In this document: positions 35,319 to 46,634 of the stretch, piece by piece
How the letters are laid out: every line of letters begins with the position of its first letter
Numbering within the stretch: the stretch's first letter is position 1
Source: Blastocladiella emersonii ATCC 22665
Taxonomy: Eukaryota; Fungi; Blastocladiomycota
Direction of reading: 5' to 3'
Length of the DNA stretch: 64,000 nucleotides
NCBI GenBank assembly: GCA_025594325.1
Contig: JANHCV010000011.1
Coordinates: forward strand, 1,178,001-1,242,000
Position numbers and translations under genes: made by a program
Notes under the pieces: generated by a model
The model's input: only the letters and a program-made list of their open reading frames with translations
What the model was told of the DNA's origin: nothing
The model's database searches: none

Positions 35319-36087
35319 GGTCGGCGCTGGATGCGTTGCAGCAAGTCTCGCGGTCGAGTGCGGCCATCGGCGCCGGCGAACGCGCCTTGGTCGCTCCCTT
35401 TCGAGGCTGAATGCACCACCCACGTGCGTTATCCGGACCATCCCGATTCCCCATCCCGAAAGACCAGATCACTCCGCTGATCACTCCTGCATGACGTGCG
35501 CCACACTTCCTGGGTCCTCTGGCCGCGGCGGCGCGCGAGTCAACCGCCTGCCCGCCCTTGTCGTCGCCGCCAGCGCCCACCGCCGCCGCGCGTGCCAGGG
35601 ACTGGCCACCGCCGCCGTCACATGCAGCAACAGCTCGGCCGCCGTGGCCGCGGATTGGTCGGCGTCCCTTGTCCCTGCCCGCGCGCGACCTCATCAATCA
35701 AAGTGCGAACGCCGCCCGTTTCACTGCGGCTGAGGGCGGGGCGGGCAGCGTTCAGCCTCCTCCTCCACCGCTGCTGTTCGTTCTCTCTCCCTGAAAGCGA
35801 CCTTCATCGACTACGACGACTTCCCGCGCCCGTGCTCAAGTTGCTGCAACCGCCGCTGTCGACCTTTCGCATCGCGGCCTCTGCGCCATCCTCTCCTATA
35901 GACGCCGCCCTGGCCCCCACTCCCCTCCCTTCCTCCCATCTCCTCCTCCATCATCACCATAGACGGGGCCGGACCCTCACTTTTCATTTCAATCCCCCGC
36001 GCTCTTTCATCATCGTGCGTGGCCCCATACTGCCCTCCATGGCATCACCTCGCTAACCCTTTCTCTGATCCTCGCGTAGCCTCCATC

Positions 36088-37780
36088 ATGAAGCGCACCA
36101 TCTCCTTGTCGGTCGTCGCGGCGCTCGCGCTGATGGCCCTGGTGGCCGTCACCTCGGCGGCCCCCTCCCCCGCCCCACTCGACTCGTCGGGCCTGTCGGG
36201 CCTCGGCAGCCCGATGCTCACCGACGCCAACGGCACCGCGACCACATCCGTGTACGACGGGCACCAGGTCGTGCGCGTGTTCGCCGACGCGTCCGAGGGC
36301 GCGCTCGCGGGGTTCATCGCCGTACGATTCCCCAAAAGTCCATCGCACGCGTGGTTGCTAAACCTCGTCCGCGTGTAGACGAACCACATTGACATGTGGT
36401 CCGACACGGCGCCGATGCGGGACCACGTCGACCTGCGGCTCTCCCCCGCCGAGCAGGTGCTCCTGCGCGCGGCCGTGCCCGGCGCGCAGACGGAGGTGCT
36501 CGTCGCGGACGTGGGCGAGCTGCTGCGCGCCTCCCTCGCCACCGCCCCGCGCGGTGGGCCGCGCAAACAGCAGACCGACGACGGGTCGCTGCGCGCGCAG
36601 TTCAAGCTCGACTCGAGCTACCTGCCGCTTCCCCAAATCGCTTCGTTCGTCGACGCGCTCGCGGCCAAGTCGCCGCACCTCGTCGCCAAGTCGGCGGCGG
36701 GGCAGAGCTACGAGAAGCGCGACATTCTCGCCGTCAAGGTCGGCGCGAAGCGCCAGGGCGGGATCAAGCAGGGCATCGTGGTCATGGGCGGCGTACACGC
36801 GCGCGAGTGGGTCGGTCCGGCCGTCGTGCTGAACGCGATGCACGACCTGGTCGCCGGGTACGGCGTAGTCCCGCGGATCACGGCGCTGCTCGACTTCTTC
36901 GACATCTACTTTCTCCCCGTCGTCAACCCGGACGGGTACGCGTACTCGATGGACAAGGACCGGCTGTGGCGCAAGTCGCGCCAGCCGACGGCGAACCCGA
37001 GCTGTGTCGGGATCGACGTCAACCGCAACTTTCCCTACAAGTGGGAGACGATGCCTGCCGCCGGTACGGGTGGCAAGCCCGCCTCCGAGTGCGACATCAC
37101 ATACCCGGGCGCGCGCGCGGGCGACGCGGCCGAGGTGGCCGCCGTGACCGCGTGGCTCAAGAAGCTGCAGGAGACGGAGCGCGCGTCCCTCAAACTCGCG
37201 GGCCTGTTCGACCTGCACGCGTACTCGCAGCTGTGGATGTACCCGTACGGGTGGTCGTGCTCGACGAAAGCGCCCGACGCGCCCGCGCTGCAGGCGACGG
37301 CGGACCGCGCCGCGGCCGCGATCAAGGGCGTCTCGGGGGCCTCGTTCAAGGTCGGCCAGATCTGTAACACCATCTACCAGGCCGCCGGCAGCTCGGCCGA
37401 CTGGGCGTACGCCGAGCTCGGGATCACGTTCGCGTACGCGCTCGAGCTGAGTCCCGGGCCTGACACGCCGTCGGGGTTCCTGCTCCCGCCGACCGGGATC
37501 GCGGCGGCGTTCAATGAGACCCAGGGTACGCTACGTTTTTCCGGACTTTCGTCTATCGCGCTAATGATCCTTCTCGGAACGTGTAGCCGGCTTCCTCGCG
37601 TCGCTCGAGTCCATCAAGGAGCACCTGGGCGGCGGCCCGACGCTGCCGGGCTCGCCCAAGGCGCTGGCCAACGGCGAGTCGGCCGCCACAGTCGTTCCCG
37701 CCAAGACGAGCGACGGCGCGACGCACCTCGCCGCGTCGGTCCCTCTTCTCCTCGCTGCTTCCTTTGCGCTCCTCGTGTAA
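36088..37780 (+). CDS. Secreted M14A zinc carboxypeptidase with propeptide and predicted C-terminal GPI signal. Exons 36088-36321, 36379-37525, 37587-37780
   Basis: Signal peptide MKRTISLSVVAALALMALVAVTSA; HAREW, NPDGY, WRKSR, GIDVNRNF, DLHAYSQ, YALEL; ends AKTSDGATHLAASVPLLLAASFALLV. Confidence 0.95.
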
Positions 37781-37809
37781 CCGTGAATCACCATCATATA
37801 TCGCGTTCG

Positions 37810-39177
37810 CTACACATCCTCCATGACCAGCTCGGGCCGCGCGTGGAACACCTCGTACGCGCCGAGCCCCATGCCGCGGAAATCATCCACGTCAAACGAG
37901 ACCGTGTAGTCGGTCGTGTCAAGCACCGACGAGTCGTCCGAGTCCGAGTCCGAATCGCCGGCGGCCGTGCCCGCCGCGGCGGTGGTGGGCGATGCGGGTG
38001 TTGACGAGGTGGTGGTGGTGGTGAGCGTGCGCTTGAGAGGCGCGGCGGATGAGGAAGACGAGTTGAGCAGGTCGTCGAGCGCATCGTCGAGGTCTTCCTC
38101 GGCGATCGACTCCTCAATCTCCTCGACCTCGCTCTCGTCCGAGCCGGCCGTCAGCACAACCGCCGTCCGCGCAGCCGCTCCCGCCGCTCCCGCCGCCGCG
38201 GCAGCCGTGTCAAGCGGAGTCATTGTCAGCGGGCTCGGCGCGACGAGCGGCGTGAGGACCGGCGCCGCAGTCGAGCTCACAAGTCGGAGCGGCGGCAGCG
38301 CGGCGGCGGACTCGCTGTCCTTGCTGAGCGGCGGCGGGAGCGATGGCAGAGTCCGCGCCGCCGCTGCCGCGGTTGCGCTCGCGCTGGAGTCGGCGGCGAG
38401 CGGACCGCTCGAGCTGCTCGACAGCGACGTGCCGCACGACGGTGGGAGCGGAGGTGGTGGGAGCGGTTCAGAGTCGAGCTTGGGCTCTGGCACAGCAGCG
38501 GCAGCGGCGGGCGGTGATGGCAGAGACGGGAGGGCCACGGTTGGCGGACGCGGCGACGCGGGGAGTGGGGAGACAGGAGCTGAGGCCGGCGGAGACGAGA
38601 CCGCGACGGGCACGGGCGACCGCGGCGAGCTGAGCGCGATCGAGACGAGCGAGTCGGCATCGTCCCTCCCCGCCCCCACCTCCTTCGGCCGCGCGGCCAG
38701 CGCCGCGATCAGCGACCCGCCTCGCGCGTCGGCCTCGTTGACGCCCCAGTGCGCAGCGAGCGCGGCGCGCGACACGACGTGCGCGCGGTCCGTGGCCGTC
38801 TCGAGCAGGAAGGTGTGCAGCGAGTGCGAGAGCCCGTAGTAGGCGAGGAACTCGGCCACGAGCGACAGGACGTGTGGCGGGACCGTGCTCGAGAGCGGCG
38901 GAGTGTCGAGGTGCGCCGAGGGAGATTTGCGGTGGAGCAGGTCGAAGGCGGTTGCGGAGAGTTGGGCCTATGGCGAGTGCGGGGTTAGTGAGGGGGGGTA
39001 GGATGGGTGAGGGTGGAGGGGACGGACCTTGATCTTGGCCAGGTCGCCGCGCGGCTCGAGCTCGGCGCGCAGGAGGCCCGTCAGATGCTTGACCTTGTCG
39101 CGCTGCGCGGGCGAGAGAGAGGCCAGGGACGGCGCCGTCGTGGCGGCCGGTGGTTGTGGGCGGAGAACGGAGGCCAT
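37810..39177 (-). CDS. CEP43: CEP43/FGFR1OP (FOP) family centrosomal protein with LisH motif. Exons 39177-39028 and 38967-37810
   Basis: LRAELEPRGDLAKIK/AQLSATAFDLL and SLVAEFLAYYGLSHSLHTFLLET (FOP dimer/LisH); FOP-like C-terminal TTDYTVS...MEDV; P/S-rich linker. Confidence 0.8.
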
Positions 39178-39495
39178 GGTCGGTCGGTCGGTCGGTTGGT
39201 CGTCTATGAATCTAATTGGTCTAGTTGATGCGTCTATGTCTATGAGAGCTGCATGTCTAGTTGCGTTGCGTTTCGAGAGAGCGAGGGCCGAGTCGAACAA
39301 CCCGGTTGCACCGCGACGCGACGCGACGCGCGACGCGTTTTCGTGAGACACGCTTGTCTCCCGCGCGTCACGCGTGCATCAGCTGACGCGCCCCCGACGC
39401 GTTTGCGACGCGTGTCGCCTTCGCCCTTTTCGCCTCTCGCGAACCCCCTTGATCGATCAGCGCGCATGAATCACCACGCGCAGTGAGACGCAAAA

Positions 39496-41158
39496 ATGAC
39501 CTTCGTCAAGCACCTGGTGACGACGGACCCGCCGCCGCCGGTCGCGCCCAACACGCCGGCGAACCTGACGGCGCTCGAGACGCAGCGCCTGCACACGCTG
39601 CAGCTGATCCGATGCATCGACTCGCTCGCCCAGCTCACGACGCACGCGTCGGCCGTCATGGAGGGTGCGGCTCGCCGATCGCTTTCGTCGCGCCGAACGA
39701 GCTGACGCGGCGCAACCTGCTGTAGACCTGCACCAGTCGGTCCTCGGCGCAGTGACGCGGACTAGCTCGCTCGACACGCACCTGACGTCGCTCGGCGCCG
39801 CAACCGCTGACCCAGCCCTCGCGTGGTCGCCGCCCGAGGCGTACCTGACGTCGCACCCTCCGCGCGTGCGCGACGACCCGTCGGCGCCGGCCGCGGGCAA
39901 GACGCAGATTTCGGGGTTCCTGACCAAGTCGTCGCGCCCCGCGAGCATGCAGGCGGAGCTCGCGCAGTGCGCGGCGCCGCCGCGCCTCGACCTGCTCGAC
40001 GCGTACCGCGACGACGGCGTCGCCAGCATGACGCGGTACTCGTACCCGGACTTTTTCGTCGACGAGTGGCGCAAGCTCATGTGCAAGGAGGAAGAGGAGC
40101 GCAAGAAGAAGAAGAAGCAGCGCAAGGCGAAGCGTAGCCCGAGTGTCGCTGCACGCACGCGGCGCGAGACGGCGCGGACTCGGCTCGATACCACGTCGAG
40201 CGCCGCGAGCGCAGCGAGCCGCGCGGCTGCCGAGACCAGCGGGCAGCAGACGGCGGCCAGTGCGGCGGCCGCGGGGATGCCTGGCGCGGGCGAGTCGTTT
40301 GGCGTCCATACCAGCACGTCGGTCGAGGTCCCGCCGCCGCCGCCGCCCGCGGCAGACGGCGCGCAGAGCGGTACCACCAGCAGCGTCCAGTGGGCCGAGG
40401 ACATGGTTCCGCCCCCGCCCCCGCCGCCCGCGGCCATCGATGCCGCGGCCGCTGGGTCGTGGCTCCCACCGCCACCGCCTCCGCCCGCACTCGAAGATGG
40501 CGGCGGGTTCGCGCTTCCGCCTCCACCACCGCCGCCGGCTGTCGGGTTTGACAGCGGCTCGCTCCCGCTGCCCCCACCGCCGCCTCCGCCGGCCATGGGC
40601 GGTGGTACGCTTCCTCCCCCGCCACCACCGCCCGCCGGGTTCGGCACCCTCCCACCTCCTCCCCCGCCGCCTCCGGCCATGGGTGCGGGCGCCCCGCCTC
40701 CGCCTCCCCCGCCGCCGTCGGGACCCGGAGCGGCTGCCGCCAACCGCGGCACGGGCGGTCCACCTCCGCCTCCCCCACCCCCGCCTCCCCCGGCCGCGGC
40801 CGCGGGCAGTCCCAGCGCTCCGCCTCCGCCTCCGCCGCCTCCGTCGAGCAGCAGCAGCGGCGGTGGTGCGCCGTCGCTCGCGGCGCTCGTCGCGCAGGCG
40901 CCGAAACTGCGTTCGACGTCGGCGGCGCCGCGCGACCCGGTCCCTGCGCCTGCGCCCGAGCCAGGTCTTGACGGCGTGCTGTCGTCGATCCGGGGCGGCG
41001 GGTTCAAGCTGCGCAAGGTGGATCCGCCGGTCGCCAAGAAGGCGCCGCTCAGCGCGACCGTCGGGAACGATGTGGCGAGTATCCTGATGCGGCGCGCGGC
41101 GATCGAGATGAGCGACAGCGAGGAGGAGAGTGGGCCGGAGGAGGACGATGATTGGTGA
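39496..41158 (+). CDS. WASF: SCAR/WAVE actin nucleation-promoting factor. Exons 39496-39664 and 39726-41158
   Basis: WHD segment PPRLDLLDAYRDDG..SMTRYSYPDFFVDEWRK plus basic KKKKK; poly-Pro tracts; WH2 GVLSSIRGGGFKLRKV; C region VASILMRRAAIEMSDSE; terminal DDDW. Confidence 0.95.
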
Positions 41159-41214
41159 GATGGAGGGTGGGTTCTATTTGACTCTATATACAAACGATAT
41201 CTTCTACTGCTGCT

Positions 41215-42417
41215 CTACCAGTGCTGCTGCTGCGACCGCGGAGTCCGCGGCGGCGGAGCACTGCTGACCTGGCTGCCCACGTTGCTGCCGGCCGAGAACG
41301 ACATGCGCGACCACTCGTACGCGGGCGCGGGCGACCGCGCGCTCGCCGGCGAGTACAGCGGGACCGGCGTGTTGGGCGTGATGGGGCTCATCGGGAGCGA
41401 CTCGCCGCCGCGACCGCCGCCCATGAGCGGGTGGCCGGACGTCGGCGTCGTTGTGGCGGGCGACGGGACCGAGGCCGCGGCGGGCTTAGACGGGATGGTG
41501 ATGCTGAGTCGGCGCGACTGGGACTGTGACTGCGGGATCACGCTCTGCAGCTGGCCGCGGACCGTCGACGGGTTGGCGGTGGTCGTCTGGCCGCCGCCGT
41601 GGCCCGTCGTGAGGTTGCCACTGGACGAGTCGTCGACCATGAGGCTCACGGCCTTGATGCTGAGCGAAGCGTTGAGCGTGATGAGCGCGAGCAGAAACTG
41701 CTCCGTGTAGGTGCTCGAGACCCAGTCGTAGCCGGACCCTGACACGCTGAGGATGAGCGGGACCACGACGACGGCCGCGACGAGCAGCTCCATGACGCAG
41801 TAGATCCAGATGTTGTAGAACTGGCGAATCTGGCTGAACCGCTGTGCGAGGATCGGCGACTTGCGCGACAGGGACAAAAAGTAAATGTCGGACCCGATGG
41901 CCACGGCCGCGTAGTAGACGATGGACGCGACGTTGAACCCGCGGTACCCGAGCGAGAACGCGGCCGAGCTGCGTGCGCGCGCCGAGTCCCAGCCGTTGGT
42001 CGAGTACGCGTACACCTGGCACGCGACGCTGCTCGCGCCGAGGACCACGTAGCCCGCCGTGTACAGGTTGGCCCAGTTCTTCCACACGTTGAGCGTCGGG
42101 ATCACAGCCGTCATGCGCAGGAACGACAGGTGCACGGGGACCACCGAGTGCAGCCGCTTGAGCGCCGTGATGGCGACGATCATGGGCACCATGAACGACC
42201 ACGCCGGGTCGATAACCCACGTCGTGACGCTGAACACGACCAGCAAGTCGACCAGCAGGCTGACCAGACTGCTCGCGATGATGGCCTTCTGCAGCGCACG
42301 CGCCTTGTACCGCTGCGCCACGCAGTTGATCACGTTCACCGTCGTCATGACGCTCGGCCCGCTCGTCATCAGGCCCAAGAGCCGGTTGACGAGCAAGATC
42401 GCGCTTGGTCCGGTCAT
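41215..42417 (-). CDS. Multi-pass (about 6-7 TM, GPCR-like topology) membrane protein with S/P/T-rich cytoplasmic tail (400 aa)
   Basis: Series of ~20-aa hydrophobic segments in residues 1-260, then a low-complexity tail; intronless ORF. Confidence 0.75.
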   Translation of the reverse strand: MTGPSAILLVNRLLGLMTSGPSVMTTVNVINCVAQRYKARALQKAIIASSLVSLLVDLLVVFSVTTWVIDPAWSFMVPMIVAITALKRLHSVVPVHLSFLRMTAVIPTLNVWKNWANLYTAGYVVLGASSVACQVYAYSTNGWDSARARSSAAFSLGYRGFNVASIVYYAAVAIGSDIYFLSLSRKSPILAQRFSQIRQFYNIWIYCVMELLVAAVVVVPLILSVSGSGYDWVSSTYTEQFLLALITLNASLSIKAVSLMVDDSSSGNLTTGHGGGQTTTANPSTVRGQLQSVIPQSQSQSRRLSITIPSKPAAASVPSPATTTPTSGHPLMGGGRGGESLPMSPITPNTPVPLYSPASARSPAPAYEWSRMSFSAGSNVGSQVSSAPPPRTPRSQQQHW

Positions 42418-44129
42418 GGTGTGGAGGGAGGGTGGTGGCGTGTGGTGAGGTTGCAGGAAGTGGTCTCCGGGTTGCGAGTAGTGTGGAGGCTCGCCTGGTC
42501 CTGTCAGGCCGGCCGACAAGAATGGGAGGGATGCGTTGGGCGAGAGCGAGAGCGAGAGCGAGGAAGGAGAACGGACAACGATTCTTGTATCCGACGACTC
42601 CGCCCGGTGCAGTGAGCATCATCTTGGGCCTCGTGAGGGCGGAAGGCTTGTAAGGTTGACAAACACAAAGATGATGATAGAAAATGAGAACGATGATTGG
42701 GTGCAACCGCGTCCCGTTTCAAGAAGCTGGGCGCAGCCTCGTGGCGCCGCCATATTGCTGGCGTTGCTGCGCCACGCCGGCGGTCCTTGGCGTCGCTTGA
42801 GCTCGTCTAATCGTGACTGTCCGGAACGTGACAGGGCCAGAGCTGACTGACCGCCTCTTCCATTTTGCAGGGAGATTGTTGGGGCACAGTGATGATATGG
42901 TGATGGCCACTATGCCGCGGCCGCGCTCCCACTTCGTTGGCGAACCACCGGCCAGTTCCCCGAAATTGAACGCCCTCAGCGCTGTCCGACTTTCCCGAGT
43001 GCATCGCGAGTGGTGGCCATGCGGGCCAGGATCGTCACCCGGCCGGGAGTTTTCATGAGAGGCCAATCTCGGATCGCTCCGTCCGGCTAAAATCGAGCAG
43101 CCGCGTACAAGTGCCGTCCGCGATGAGTAATGTGATTAAGACGAAGTCGAGGGCGGAATTTCGCCTCGCGGACTTAGAAAGAGTCCACGGATCGCTTGAC
43201 TTGAGCGAACGAGTCGCCGCGGAGCGATCACTGCCTTGTCCCGGGCCATTTCACAACCAGCGGAACCCCGATCGCAGTCCCAAGTAGGGCCTGGCCAGGG
43301 TAACTGAAGCGGAGAGACTCTATCCGGATCAGTCGGAAGCGAACGCTCAACATTATCAGGGCCGGCTCGCGCGCGACTGAGTCTTGAAGCTGGCCCGTGC
43401 TTGAGATGTTGGGTGAAGGCTTCCGGCCGTCCTTATAGGGAAGCTTTTGACCCGCAGGCATCTCGTATACATGTTTTTTACCTTCCTCCGTGTCGTGGAC
43501 CACCGGGCCAGAAATGGATCACAGAAGCCATCACGTTGTGACGCTTAGCGCGTTCCATGCAAACCGGTCGGGATGCACCAAACTGGCCATCGCATTAGGG
43601 CATCGCATAGACTTCTGGGGCGGCTTGATTCCCACAAGGTAGGAAAATAGATCCGGTGCTCGACCAAGACTTGCCCAACAGTCGAGGTCGTCGCGACGCG
43701 TTACGCCACTCACATGACCATTGAGACGCGTCGCGCCGCAATTTTCTCGGACGAGTTTTTCTGTATCGTAGACGTATAAAGCCTCATTTAAAGCTTTAAC
43801 GTGCCGCACGTTGATCATAGCTACACCAAGATGTGTGCAGCCTGGGTCGGCCGCGTCGCACCGCCTGTTTGCGCTACTTCGCCGCGGGAGGCAAATTTCA
43901 GCGCTTGACTTTCGAGACATGCGGAATCCTCGCAGCCAGTGCGTCACGCCAATCTTGTCCCACACGCGTCAAAGGGCCTTGCGCCCATCACTGAATGCAT
44001 CACGCGGCTTGATAGAATGCACCAAGCGGAGACGCATGTAGCTGCGTCCGTCAGCGGCGCCGTTCGTCTCTCCTGGTCCGTTTCTCCCTGCTCCTGTCCG
44101 TCACTTCAATCTTCACGTTTGACAACTCG

Positions 44130-44438
44130 ATGAATTTGACGCCGAACTGCGTGATAGCCCAACTACGGCAGTACACTGTTCCTGGAAGCGCTCCCATTCC
44201 AATGATGTCGAGCAGCCAGCGGAAACTACACTTTGTCGTGTACTACTCGCGAGTGTTAGGTGCAGTGCTCCGAAAACTTCAGGGAATTGAACGTTCCTGG
44301 GACTTCCTGGAAAGCCAGATCGAGTCCAGGTTAAATCGCGGAAATTTGATGCGTCGGCGGCCTGACTTGCACGCACGGCTCAAGTTTCTCCCGACCGAAA
44401 TGGCGGCCTTGCGCATGCGAATTGACGAGCCGAGCTAG
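44130..44438 (+). CDS. Orphan paralog 1, resembling the C-terminal half of 44843-45658; possibly a fragment
   Basis: LQGIERSWDFLESQIESRLNRGNLMRRRPDLHARLKFLPTEMA versus LKSLAENLDFVALSVEQIEARGDEAQWNPELQARLEQLPAELA. Confidence 0.45.
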   Translation: MNLTPNCVIAQLRQYTVPGSAPIPMMSSSQRKLHFVVYYSRVLGAVLRKLQGIERSWDFLESQIESRLNRGNLMRRRPDLHARLKFLPTEMAALRMRIDEPS

Positions 44439-44842
44439 AGACGCAGTTTGTTGCATGGTTGGCGCTGCTTCACTAACTGTGTGAGCTGAAGCGCAGTTCA
44501 GCGGAGTTCGTTGCTCTAGACCGGCCGACTCCTGACCTCTTTCTGCATTTCCAAAGCTTGATTCAGTACCTGACCGATCTCGATGAGCTCTACAGGAAGA
44601 GGTGGCTCATGATACGTTAGCGGCACATGTAACCGATAAAATGACAATTTTTGTTTCCCCTCCTCTTCGCGACGGAATGGACTGAACGACTGCGGGAGGA
44701 GTGATCGGTCGCGGATCACTCAAGTCATCACGCGCGAGACATCACGAGGCATCACACGCGGCTCGCAGGGCCTGCATAGATCCGACCCTCCACTGAACCT
44801 GCATGCATCCAAGCTCCTCGACCTTTTCTCGACGAATCCGCC

Positions 44843-45658
44843 ATGTTAACGCCCGAGCACTTCTTGAACCCGGACGAGACGGTGAACAAGGAGTTCCTCC
44901 AGCGATTTCTCCACTTTCTCCAGCGTGCGGGTGTTCACGAAGCGACCATCTCGTCCTCATTCGTCGACGCGGCTGGGGCCACCCCGTTTCCTACCTCGTC
45001 GCCCCGCCCGAGGCCCAATCTGACGCCGGGTGGTCATGGGGGCGCGATGCAGCAGCGATATGCGGAACTCGCGCAAAAACGCGCTCATCTGGAGGAGCTC
45101 AAGATCGCTCGCGACGCGCGAGCGGCCGCGATGGCTCACGCTACGTATTTGATTGCTCCAACGATGAGCATCGGCTCGCCTGCAACCGGGCCAGCGCGGG
45201 CCGCGTTCATGGTCAACAACCAGCCGCCCAACGCTGCCGATCACACGCCCAACACCATGTTCAGCAACGGGTACCAGGGCCTCGTCGACGCATCGCGGCG
45301 GCTCAAGTCGCTGGCCGAAAATCTCGACTTTGTCGCGCTGTCGGTTGAGCAGATTGAAGCGCGCGGGGATGAGGCGCAGTGGAACCCGGAGCTCCAGGCG
45401 CGGCTCGAACAGCTTCCCGCGGAGCTTGCGGACGGGTACGCGCGCGTGCGCGAGATGCGGGACCGGCTCGAGGTCTTGGAAGACTTGTTTCACGAGGTCC
45501 GCGGAACGCCGCACGCGTCAGCGGCGCATACTGCGAGGGAGCTGCATGTCGAGTTTGGGCTCAATCTGCGCGTCCTGCTGGAGGGAATCGCCGCGTTTGC
45601 TCACTCGTTCGCGGAGCGGCGGAGAAGTGTGATCGTGTTGCCGAGCTCGCAGGAGTAA
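44843..45658 (+). CDS. Orphan paralog 2 (271 aa, helical/coiled-coil)
   Basis: ATG-started intact ORF, homologous to both neighbours. Confidence 0.7.
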   Translation: MLTPEHFLNPDETVNKEFLQRFLHFLQRAGVHEATISSSFVDAAGATPFPTSSPRPRPNLTPGGHGGAMQQRYAELAQKRAHLEELKIARDARAAAMAHATYLIAPTMSIGSPATGPARAAFMVNNQPPNAADHTPNTMFSNGYQGLVDASRRLKSLAENLDFVALSVEQIEARGDEAQWNPELQARLEQLPAELADGYARVREMRDRLEVLEDLFHEVRGTPHASAAHTARELHVEFGLNLRVLLEGIAAFAHSFAERRRSVIVLPSSQE

Positions 45659-46030
45659 TTTGATCTTTCGCTCTGTATATGCGGCTAGGGACATCATCGA
45701 TCAAGGCCTGGGCTGAGCGCGAGGCTCTAGAATGTGCTGGGACGCGTCAAGGTGGCGTATGACGGTGTGCAAGTCGCATTTTGGCTTAAGCAGGCTCTTG
45801 GAACGGCTGGCTGTCAAATATATGCCATAGTCTGCTCGAAAGCTCATGATGATGAGTCGGGCGGACGCCGATCACTGTAGCCATCACACGCGAGACGTGA
45901 AGCCATCACACGCGAGACGTGACGGAGGCATCACATGTCACCTGCGGGAGCGTATTCACGTAGTCCACTTCAAGTCGCTCGAATGCGTCCAGGGCCACTC
46001 GCGCTCTCCACCGCCACCACCAACTTCGCA

Positions 46031-46375
46031 ATGTTAAAGCTCGAAGACCTCCTACACCCGGACAAGAGACTGAGCAAAGAGTTCATCCCGCGGTTCCTCC
46101 TCAGCCTCCAACACGCGGGCGTCCTGGAGTCGACCATCGCGTCGGCGTTCGTCGATGCAACCAGGACCGAGCCGTCGCCCATGGTGTTTCGCGACCCGAA
46201 ACCGCCGCAAGCCCACGAGAAGACGATGCAGCAGCGACGGATGGAGCTCAAAGGAAAGCGTCTCAAACTCGAGGAGCTTAGTGCTGCTCGCCTCGCGAGG
46301 CGCGCTGCGAAGGCCCATGCGACCACTCAGACCGGTGGTACTTCCTCACCCGCGGCCGGGCCATCGAGTGTGTGA
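46031..46375 (+). CDS. Orphan paralog 3 (114 aa), matching the N-terminal half of 44843-45658
   Basis: MLKLEDLLHPDKRLSKEFIPRFLLSLQHAGVLESTIASAFVDA versus MLTPEHFLNPDETVNKEFLQRFLHFLQRAGVHEATISSSFVDA; both continue MQQR..EL..KR..LEEL..AR.AR.AA.AHAT. Confidence 0.65.
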   Translation: MLKLEDLLHPDKRLSKEFIPRFLLSLQHAGVLESTIASAFVDATRTEPSPMVFRDPKPPQAHEKTMQQRRMELKGKRLKLEELSAARLARRAAKAHATTQTGGTSSPAAGPSSV

Positions 46376-46634
46376 CCTGCGGGCGATGCTTGATGTGCGG
46401 GATGCCGAATAGTTGTTCGAAGATTGCTCTCGTTTTTGGTTTCCTAATCGATGATCGTTGCTTGAGTCCGAGGTTAAAGTTGGAGCTGTCAAATGCGGGA
46501 GTGCGACAGGGACAGGGTCAGGGTCAGGGTCAGTCCTGAAGTACTGGGTGGAACGGCCAAAAAGCCATCGCGAGCGCTCCACAGCGATCCCTGACGAGCA
46601 CACAGGTCAGTCGGCTGTGCGGCGAGTGATACTA

